Of a stretch of 64,000 nt of DNA, positions 35,760-44,731 are shown in pieces (the stretch's first letter is position 1; the number at the start of each line of letters is the position of its first letter). The position numbers and the translations under genes are program-made. The notes beneath the pieces were generated by a model that did no database searches, had not been told where the DNA came from, and saw only the letters and a program-made list of their open reading frames with translations. The stretch is from Tetramitus jugosus (taxonomy: Eukaryota > Protista > Heterolobosea), in the NCBI GenBank assembly GCA_937625935.1, contig OW569388.1, positions 310,001-374,000 of the forward strand, written 5' to 3'.

Positions 35760-38390
35760 ATGAAATATCGAACGACAAGAACAAGAACTAGGCGACAAGT
35801 GTTGTTGAACATGTTGGAAAATCCAACATATAGCTTTGTTGATCATCAATATGATTGTTGCTCCTCAACAGTCCAAACAACACCCAACACTCCACTGATC
35901 ACCACTGCCGTGCCCTCTATCCAATGCCAAACAACTGATTTTGGTGGTAGTGAACCAATGCTTGGTGATGAAGAGTTCATCGAAGCCAAACTCTCGTCCG
36001 TTGATGTAGAAGACTTGGCTCAAGCTCGACCCGTGCTCGAGATGCAAGAATCAAGGTCAGTCATCGGAGATGATTACACCAATGGAATCTCCACGATTCA
36101 TAGTGATGATCCACTATGGGATCAAAAGGTGTGTCTATATCTTCCCATTTCTTTGTATACTGCTTACACTTTGATTTTGTATCTCATGGTCCAACTCAAT
36201 CTGAGCAAGTCAGGTTTGGAAAAGTTGTTGACCTTCCTCCAGGCGTTTCTTCCCAAGAACAATGCTCTAGTGACATCCAAGCACAAGTTTTTCAAGTGCC
36301 TTGCTCACCACTCAAGAATGAACAAGATTTACTTTTGTCGCGAGCACAATTTTGTGACGGGCAACAGTGTTTGCAAGCACAATAGGAATTGTGCCATGGA
36401 GTATTTCCTTTGGAACAATCCGGTCCAGCAGTTTGTTGACAGAATGAAAGTGGACAAAGGGTTTTACACTCTCGCCCAGCACTATCGCCTGAGGCATTGT
36501 AAATCATCTGATATGATTAGTGATGTTTATGACGGTGAAGTTTACAAGAGAATTGCTGCTCCTGTGACAAAAACCAGAGGGGGCTACTCCTTTCTGGTGA
36601 ATTATGACGGTGCCACAAAGTGGAAGAGCAGTCTCGTTACTGCCATTCCCATTTTCATGGTGTGCAACGAGCTGCCTTTCAACGAGAGGATGAAGATTGA
36701 AAATGTCATCTTCTGTGGCGTGTGGTTTGGCAAGAACAAGCCAACATCGAACATTTTGTTCTCGGTGCTAGCAACTGAATTGAAGGAGGCTGATCAAGGT
36801 ATTAGAGGGCAGGATGCACACGGTAAAGAAGAGTTGTTCCGGCTCCGATGTATCAACTCTTGTTGCGGTCTACCGGCTAAAGCAGGTTTGTTCATGCAAC
36901 AACAACACGGTGGAAGGGGCGCCTGTGGATTTTGCAATCACTCTGGTTGCACTATTGATAAGAGGTTTTGTTATCCTCTGTTGAGACGATTCCAAGATTT
37001 TGTGTTTGATCACTCCCTGAGAACAGAGACTCAAGTGAAAGAAGTGTACAACAAGTATCGAACACTACTCAGTGAAGGAGTGGCTTGGTCTGATCTACCA
37101 GTCATCAATGGACACACTGTGGGAATGGACAAGTTTTGGAAGTATTGATATTATGCATTTGCTGGAGGGAGTATTCTCCTTGTTGATGAAGCTTTGGACA
37201 GAATCCAAGGTATGTGACGTTTCATTGTTTACACTCATTCTCCAAGGCACATACTCTTTGTTGACAATCATTCTTCATGGCACTCATGCAGTATAACGAC
37301 AGATTGGGAGCAAGAGTGAGCAAGCAGATGTGGGAGTCATTCGATCAATTGCTCCTGCAGCAACAGCTTCCATCTGTGTTTCGACGAAATCTCAGATCAA
37401 TCATCAAGCATCATCGATATTTTAAAGCATCAGAGTGTCTTGTGTTCATGCTCTATACATCGAGACTTACAAAACACTTGTTTCCAGCAAACACTCCCTA
37501 TTTTGACCACCACATGATTCTGGTCAATGCTCTGTATGACCTGCTTCAACCTGAACTGTCAACGCAACAATTGGATAAAGTACAAATGGAGCTGACACAT
37601 TATGTGACTCAGTTCCAGGAAGTGTATGGTGATCGGTATGTTACCTTAAATGTTCATCTTCTTACCCATTTGGTTGACTGTGTGAAGAGGCATGGACCTC
37701 TCTGGTGCTACACAGCATTCCCGTTTGAGAGTTTTAACCGAGTGATTCTTCGATCCATCCACGGAACGTATCGAGTGGATCAAGGTATTTGCGAGGCTAT
37801 TCCCTTGTTGCAGCATCTCGAAGATCGCTTGAACTGCATGACACACAAAGGAACGATGAAAGTGTTACATGCAATGAGTGTAAGTAGTATGTTGTTGTCA
37901 CTTTGTTCAATGAACTCAACCAATTCTTACTTACCCTTGTAGAAGAGACGATTCGGGTCTCGCTCTGATGGTGTTCGGCTGGACGGGGTGCATGTGTTTG
38001 GAAGAGTGAAGAAAAAGGAGGAGGGCTACTACAAGTACATGAGAAAAGACTGGTATTCAATTGATGCGCTGCATGATGTAAGACAAAGGTCGTACAATAA
38101 CTCCACTGTAAGGTTAAGAGATGGAAGGTATGTTGACTTGGTGTAGCTGTTTCATTTATTCTTGATCATCTAACTGTCATTGTTAAAGAGTTGTTCAAGT
38201 GGTGGGCATTCAAGTGAAAAAGCAGGAGGGAGTGTGCATCTCATTCAAGGTTTTGATGAATCAAGTGTTTCAAGGTCTTGAGCATTGCCGAGTATCGGCT
38301 ATCGAAACTCCAGTGATTGTGTTTTGGAAGCAAGAGAAGGTGATTGGTTGTGTGGATTTGTTGCCCTGGCATGGAGCATTGCTGCGCTAG
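35760..38390 (+). pseudogene. CMC/EnSpm-type (Transposase_21-like) DDE transposase; introns 37210-37291, 37880-37942, 38128-38188; frameshift near 37135
   Basis: SDVYDGEVY; VNYDG...NELP..ER...N....G.W.G..KP; GLPAKA (normally D-x-PA); GACGFC; IDIMH; NVHLLTHL...V.RHGPLW..TAFPFES. The GT-AG introns keep the frame. Confidence 0.85.
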
Positions 38391-38720
38391 TTTAAGTGGT
38401 AGGCGGAGAAGAGGTCACGAGACACTTCAAAGACTTTGTTAATTTTCGATAAAAGAAAAGTTGATACTACCTTTGTTTTATTTGCTCCAAGGTTGCATGT
38501 TGTTCCGTTCATGTTAAGGAAAGTGGAAGGGGAGAACATTGCTTCATTGTTCGAAAAGTTCATACCTCGAAGATCAACCTTTCAATTTTCGACAGTGAAC
38601 ACTGCAAAGAAAACTAAAAAACTTATGTGTCCACTTTGTATTGTTGAGGGGTCGACTTTTAAAAGTCATGTGGAGCTCCAACTGGGAAAATCAGAAAAAC
38701 GACCGTAAAAGTTGGTGGTC

Positions 38721-39295
38721 TTCTGGAGAGATTATCAGTCAAGAAAATTGCAGCAGGAAGGCAAACAGCTTATGCAGTTGCTGAAGATGGATTCTTGTAT
38801 GCTTGGGGTGACAATTCATTCGGTCAACTCGGAATCAATTCAACAATTCCAATGTCAACAACGCCTGTGAGAGTCATTGGAATTCAAAACATCACCGTGC
38901 TTTCAGCAAGTGTTTGGTCAGACAGTGTTCAAGTCACAACAAGTGATGGATTGAGTTATGCTTGGGGAAACAATGCCAACAAGCACTTGAGTTTGGAAAC
39001 AACAATGTCCAAAGTGCTGTTTCCTCATCCAACTTTCAGATTCGAGAATCAAACAAGTTTCATTGTTTCATTTTCATCAGGAAGTGCTCATTCATTGATG
39101 ATTTACAATGGAACATATTGTTTTGGAATTCTTTCAGATGATGAGAATGCTTGTTCAAGGAGAGGAGCATGTGTTGGGCCAGATGAATGCTTGTGTGATG
39201 AAGGATATTTGGGCAATGATTGCAGCACCAATATCTGCTTCGGAAAACACCACACTGACCCGAGAGTCTGCTCGAGTCACGGAGCATGTGTCGCC
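38721..39295 (+). pseudogene. Captured host RCC1+EGF gene fragment inside the transposon's right TIR
   Basis: Open frame KKIAAGRQTAYAVAEDGFLYAWGDNSFGQLG...CSRRGACVGPDECLCDEGYLGNDC; lacks native start and end; flanked by the two halves of the TIR. Confidence 0.8.
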
Positions 39296-39338
39296 AAAAT
39301 TTTTATTCGGGCATTTGTTGTATTAAAAAAAAAAAGGA

Positions 39339-40222
39339 ATATTTGGACAGCTCAGCTGCACCCAAGCGTCGTGCAATTTCCCAAGACAGGTGGTAGTCCA
39401 TGACATGAAGAACATGTCAGTGGGCGACATCAAGAAGCTACTGGGACCTGAGAACCCGCGGCTGACGAAAATCTGAACAGGAATAGAACCAAAAACGGAT
39501 AAAGCGACAACCAGTAACAAATTGTTGATAAGAGGTGTTGAAACAAAATAGAAGATATCAAGCGTTTACACAAGGATAACAAGTTGGAACAAACCTGCAA
39601 TCAACAATGTAACGATAGATGCTGTAATCTTACTCGTACCAGAACCTTGGTACACTGGGAGTGTTGGAAATCTAAGACCAGCAGTTTTCAAAGTCCTCTC
39701 CAACTTCTTTAGATGAGCCATCATTTCAGAATAGCACATTCTACTCATACAGCTGTCAAGATCATACATTGCTGCTTCTAAATATAACATGTTGCATTTG
39801 TTGATAGCACAAGCATGCGCCAAACCTACCTCAGCAATATATCTTGAACCAGTAGCAGAACGATAGACACAAATTCCTTGTTCAGCTCCAGCATTACATG
39901 CACATACAGCTCTATGATCATTGCAATCAGATGTAGTTGCACACATAGTTGAAGGTACTTGTAGAGCTTGGACGACTATGTGTTTATGTGGGAGGTCCGA
40001 CCACGAAACGTCAAAAGATCTGCAGAGGGGCTTGAAGGTCTGATGGGAAAAGAGTAAGACTTTAGGGAGGATTATCGGGAGGAGCTGAAGCTTAGAGGAC
40101 GCAAGAAGAAGGAAGCAGAGAAAAGGATGAAGGGAATCGTCGACTCAACCAAACGTGCCTGCATTAAGGCACAAGGTGTATATCAATTTGTTGTGAAGAG
40201 AAATGAAACACCGTATTAAAAA
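39339..40222 (+). mobile_element. Old, internally deleted retroelement (element 3)
   Basis: ORF1-like remnant (IWTAQ.../RQVVVHDMKNMSVGDIKKLLG); ORF2 C-terminal remnant (VKRSAEGLEGLMGKE*...KGIVDSTKRACIK); 3' end CCGTATT(A)5; degenerate TSD AATAAATTAAAGGA (27814-27827) / AACAAATTAACGGA (40221-40234). Confidence 0.68.
39566..39946 (-). pseudogene. 3' fragment of a Cys-rich surface (GPI/TM-anchored) protein gene embedded antisense in element 3
   Basis: CATTSDCNDHRAVCAC...; hydrophobic C-terminus ITASIVTLLIAGLFQLVILV; no signal peptide; flanked by LINE remnants. Confidence 0.6.
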
Positions 40223-40270
40223 CAAATTAACGGAGAACTACGTTTTATTGAACCACACATACTCGGGCTG

Positions 40271-41281
40271 TCAACTCACGATGCATCTGGTCTTTGTTTT
40301 TGATCGTTCTAGAACTGACTGTCGATAGCATGAGTAAAACCTTCTCAACAAGAGATCAGACATGGCAGCTAGGTTGTCATGAGTGAATTCAAAATACTCC
40401 AAAGGCAAAATGTTGAATGATTGAGTACAATCCTTGAGGAACATCTGGATTGAGATTGGTGCATCTTGTGACCAAATTCCAACACCAACAATCAATACGC
40501 CTTGGCAAACACCTGACGATTCGAGCTTGAACATGGGTTTAGCTCTTTTGAGTACGGCTAAAGCCCTCGATAAAGAGTTTGAACGATAGTAGCTACAACA
40601 TGATTGAGTGGTAGAATACGTGTCTTCGTTCCACGCATCTCTCGAGTCTACTGTAACCACCATGCAATGACTCCCACGATAATACATTCTCGAAATATCT
40701 TGAGGTCGCTCCGTTTGAAATCGTCCTGGACCACTCGTCCATATTTGAAAAACCATGTCAGTTATATCTGTCTGTCTGGATGCCATAGATAAGATCAAGA
40801 AATCACGTAATGGTCGAGTAAACTGGCCAACCGTTGGTATCACGAGCGTTTTGGTCACTAGGGCATCAACCACTGGTTCGTTCAACGAGAAATCGGGCAC
40901 TAAGAACAGTACCTTTAATATCACATACTCGTCTTCCACGAACCCGTGCATTACTCTTTCAAATGGAAGACAATGATAAAAACGTATCCAGTGACACATG
41001 TATTCTCTCATTTCATCACAAGAACAACCACAATTTGGATCCACAAGCGCATCCGAAGTCATTCGAGCTTCTCTGTCCAGTTCCAATATTGATCCCAAAT
41101 TCATTTGTTCGACAAGGGCAGAAAAATCTCTATTGATAAGTTCTTGCCAGAGAGATGAACTGCGGTTCATGTGGTCATACGCAGTGCGATTCGTTTGACA
41201 ATAGTGAACCATATCAGTCACTGGAAGAAAAAGCAAAATCTGGTTCAGTTCGTCCCAGCTCACACCCGTAATCCTCAACAT
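40271..41281 (-). CDS. F-box plus degenerate Ras/Rab-like GTPase domain plus CaaX (CIVS)
   Basis: DELNQILLFLPVTDMVHYCQTNR...LWQELINRDF; ILKVLFL...IPTVG...FQIWTS...ISRMYYRGSHCMVVTVD...VLIVG; C-terminal CIVS. Confidence 0.65.
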   Translation of the reverse strand: MLRITGVSWDELNQILLFLPVTDMVHYCQTNRTAYDHMNRSSSLWQELINRDFSALVEQMNLGSILELDREARMTSDALVDPNCGCSCDEMREYMCHWIRFYHCLPFERVMHGFVEDEYVILKVLFLVPDFSLNEPVVDALVTKTLVIPTVGQFTRPLRDFLILSMASRQTDITDMVFQIWTSGPGRFQTERPQDISRMYYRGSHCMVVTVDSRDAWNEDTYSTTQSCCSYYRSNSLSRALAVLKRAKPMFKLESSGVCQGVLIVGVGIWSQDAPISIQMFLKDCTQSFNILPLEYFEFTHDNLAAMSDLLLRRFYSCYRQSVLERSKTKTRCIVS

Positions 41282-41308
41282 TTTCAGTCTTGTTGTTTTT
41301 CTGGGCAC

Positions 41309-41427
41309 TGAAAAATTCCCAAATTCCACTTTCTTTCTCCCGAGATCTTCCAACTGAAAAGTTCGTCATTCCAAGTTTCTCAACAACAAAACAACCATTG
41401 ATCCAAGTGGAATTTGGGAATTTTTCA
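41309..41427. repeat. Perfect 23-bp inverted repeat in a divergent promoter
   Basis: TGAAAAATTCCCAAATTCCACTT (41309-41331) and AAGTGGAATTTGGGAATTTTTCA (41405-41427), 73-bp spacer. Confidence 0.9.
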
Positions 41428-41451
41428 CAACGACAAGTAAAGTCACACAAC

Positions 41452-42873
41452 ATGGGCACAGCAGCTTCTAACATCAATTATAGTCCCTACTATTCCTCGC
41501 CGGCCTATAGTACAACTACGACCCAACTACGACAATCATCTGATGATGATGAAACTGTCAATTTCTCCAGTGACAATATTCTTGGATTTGGAAACAATGC
41601 CAAGGGTCAACTCGGTCTGGGTGATGATCTTGTTCAGTCAAGTCTTCGAGGTGTACACTCGGTACAGTACCATCATGTGAATCGAGAGGTCAATCTGGTG
41701 GCTACAGGTGGTTACTTTACAATACTGGTGACTGGAACAAGGAATCAGCAAATGTTTGTCTGCGGAGAGAACAGTTATGGTCAATTGTTTATGAACCCAG
41801 AAACAGTGACAAAATTGACAACGTTTTCAGAGTTGGATGCGTCGCAACATCCTTGGTTGAAGCGAGGTGTTCGTGCCATTGGATGCGGTAGAACATGTAC
41901 TATTCTTGTCACCATGGACCATCGTATTGTGAGTGTTGGGTCGAATTATGATGGTCAACTCGGTAGAACCGATTGTACTGCGGCTTTTGAGTGCAGTGAG
42001 CCACTAGGAGATGGATCTCTGGAATTTGTAAAGGTGGCTTGTGGTATGAGGCACTCACTATTGTTGACAAGTGATGGAAGAGTGTTGTGCGCAGGGTCCA
42101 AGGGTTATTGCTCCACTGTTCCAGTAGGCAAAGCAGTGCCTGGATATGATGGTTGGAGATTTTTCCAGGATTTCGATTTGCCAAGGGATGGTTCTCCAGC
42201 TGCAAACAGCATCCAACCCACGGTTTTCGACCGATTCTTGAAGGGCCGTTCTTCGAGGAGTCCGAAGAGTGTGACAGATATTGCATGTGGTTTGTACTTT
42301 TCTGCCTTTTTGGTTGATAATCGTCAAGTATACGTATGTGGGTTCAATCGCGCAGGTGGACCCCAAAACAATACTCCAACATTGCTGTTCGATGCAACAA
42401 CTGTTGGCTCTCAAGGTATCAAGTGTATGACTTGTGCAGGTAGAACTCTTGTGGTTCTTACAGAGGAAGCCGAAGTGTACATTCATGGTGAAGCACTAGC
42501 TTTCAATCACGAGTATCAAACAATGACACACGTCTCCTATTCTTCACTCGGCATTCCACCCATTGATATTCGTTTGATTGCTGGTGGTGAACAACACATG
42601 ATTTTTGTGACCTCCCAAAACCATGTTTATGTGTGTGGCACGAACTCCTTTGGTCAACTGGGAGAGAACGTTTATACGACACAACACTTGGCCATTGGTC
42701 CATTGCGCGACATTAATCATAAGCTTGAACTTCATCGGAGAGAAGTGTTCCATGTGTGTTGTGGTGCCTACTTTACTCTTGTTGTATTGAAACGTCCGGT
42801 CAAGAATGAAAGACTGTGGACGTATTGTCTGAAACAACAACTCACCGAAGTTGAAGTTTTCACACAGCACTAG
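41452..42873 (+). CDS. RCC1-repeat protein with a possible N-myristoylation motif (MGTAAS)
   Basis: Multiple GxNxxGQL and VACG.RHSLLL repeats. Confidence 0.85.
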   Translation: MGTAASNINYSPYYSSPAYSTTTTQLRQSSDDDETVNFSSDNILGFGNNAKGQLGLGDDLVQSSLRGVHSVQYHHVNREVNLVATGGYFTILVTGTRNQQMFVCGENSYGQLFMNPETVTKLTTFSELDASQHPWLKRGVRAIGCGRTCTILVTMDHRIVSVGSNYDGQLGRTDCTAAFECSEPLGDGSLEFVKVACGMRHSLLLTSDGRVLCAGSKGYCSTVPVGKAVPGYDGWRFFQDFDLPRDGSPAANSIQPTVFDRFLKGRSSRSPKSVTDIACGLYFSAFLVDNRQVYVCGFNRAGGPQNNTPTLLFDATTVGSQGIKCMTCAGRTLVVLTEEAEVYIHGEALAFNHEYQTMTHVSYSSLGIPPIDIRLIAGGEQHMIFVTSQNHVYVCGTNSFGQLGENVYTTQHLAIGPLRDINHKLELHRREVFHVCCGAYFTLVVLKRPVKNERLWTYCLKQQLTEVEVFTQH

Positions 42874-43396
42874 AAACAACTGTGTTGGTGATTGACGTCT
42901 GAGAGATTAGTTTCGGAAACCATACGGCCTGAGATAAAAATCTCTGGTCTTTATTCCTTTCTTCCCATCTCCTTCCTTTTGGTGAAGATGCAGGACTCGC
43001 GGCTTTTCTTTGATTTGACCACGTTTGTATCGAGATATCGGAATTTTATTGTCTAATCGTTGGTGACGTCTCTTGCATTTTGCTGACATCGCAAATTACT
43101 AATCTGGAACGTTCCACCAAAAAGAATTGGGCTTTTCGCTGTTCTAGCGTCGGGTCATCGCGAGCGCACATGGAAAATAACCAGAGGGGCTTTGAAGCTG
43201 AGCTACCTTTCAATCTTTGCATAAAAACCCAACAGCCACACTACCACCTTTCCTCCCAACAACAAAAACCAACCACCACCACTCATCACCCACACTCACT
43301 CACAACCACTCACCCATAACCATAACCCTATCATCCTATCTTACCATCCAAAAGCTAAAGCTAAAACTATTACTTTCACACAACCAACACTCAAAC

Positions 43397-44504
43397 ATGC
43401 ACTCCAAAAATAATCAACAACAACTAGAACTAGAGCAACAACAACAGCAACAACATAAAGAACGTGCTCTGAAACAATTACATTATCAGATGGCACAAGA
43501 ACAACATGAAGAAGAGATTTCACGGAGAGAGCTATACCATGCGAATCAACACTTGTTGAAACATGGATATTTTGGAATGACTCAATATGAATTTTTTTAC
43601 ACATTTGTGTGTTCACTGTTGGAAGTGGCTGGACAAGGTGATGAAACTCAAAAATTGATACACAATAACAACAAGAAGAAGAAGAGCACGGTAGCAAAAT
43701 TGTTCACTTGTACGGATTGGGAGACGATTGATCTTTTCACCTATGCGGAAAGGTAAGATTTTGTCCATTTTTCACCAAAGATTTTTTTTACGGTGTCGCG
43801 CATTTTTTCGTTTCCGCGGAATAATGCTTTGACCCAAAATATCCGTAGTGACGTGAACCGTTTTCTAACCCGAATACCAAAAATAATTTCTCCTCTACTA
43901 CAGAATATCCAGGTTTAGCTTTTGCGGACCAGAAATTTACGTGGCATCTCTCATTTACATTGATCGCCTCATGATGGCCAATTTTGAGGTTAGCTCTCAA
44001 ACGATTCACAAGATTCTGCTCACAAGCATTGTCATTGCAAGCAAGTTCTTTGATGAAAAATACTTTGACAATGTCTACTTTGCTAGAGTAGGTGGTGTCT
44101 CAACCAAGGAGTTCAATCGATTGGAAATTGAGTTTTTAAAGCTCATTGACTATCGATTGCACATTTTGCCTCATGAGTTTACACAGTACACTGACTCTCT
44201 GTTGCATCTATTGTCATTGATTATCAATAACAGTAACAATAACAACAACAATAATGCATCACATAGTGAGTCAGAAAGTGTCTCTACTGATCATGATACT
44301 GATGAACAAGAAAATGGCAGTCATCATTCAGCTGGAGAAGAAGAATCAGAAGAGATTGCTGATGACTCTGAACACACAAGTGATGAATATGACTATTTTA
44401 CAAGCAATGAGGAAGAAGAAGAAGAAGTGGATCATGACGGCTATTATCATCATCATCACTCGACAACACAAGAACAACAGCACAATTTTGTTTTTGCGTG
44501 CTAA
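43397..44504 (+). CDS. PHO80/P-type (U-type) cyclin, 2 exons (43397-43752, 43904-44504)
   Basis: The spliced product reads YAERISRFSFCGPEIYVASLIYIDR...IHKILLTSIVIASKFFDEKYFDNVYFARVGG...FNRLEIEFL; intron GTAAG...CTAAC...CAG. Confidence 0.9.
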
Positions 44505-44731
44505 GTTTTTTGTTAGATTTATACACTAGGCTCCACTTAAGATCACGTGAAAGAAACACTTGCGCGATAAGTTCTCTCTAAGGCGAATGTGTGTTCTCGT
44601 TTTGAATACTCACGTGAAATGTACTTTAGATGTTCCACAATCATCCCTCCACAATAAATACTCTTGCTAGGTTTTTGATTGATTGAGCGTTGGTCTTTTT
44701 GATGGTTGTACAAATTTTATTTCCTTTGTTG

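Larger units (their letters stand above)
34111..39311. mobile_element. CMC (CACTA/EnSpm/Mirage)-type DNA transposon
   Basis: Left end CCCGAGTAAAAATTT; right end AAATTTTTATTCGGG; 2-bp TSD CA (34109-34110 / 39312-39313); subterminal TCGACTTTTAAAAGT at 34204 and 38652; internal transposase. Confidence 0.88.
33168..39335 (+). mobile_element. ORF1-only non-autonomous retroelement (element 2, about 0.97 kb net), split by a DNA transposon at 34111-39311
   Basis: ORF1 homologue at 33170-34081; 3' end TTTGTTGTATT(A)11 at 39314-39335; TSD AAAGGAATATTTGGA at 27822-27836 / 39333-39347. Confidence 0.85.

Noticed and set aside
38641-38730. Transposon right end near 38720
   Set aside because: The terminal GGG and matching CA TSD are only found at 39309-39313.
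38795-39403. 202-aa ORF as a genuine gene
   Set aside because: It is a chimera that reads from the captured RCC1/EGF fragment through the TIR, element 2's poly(A) and into element 3.
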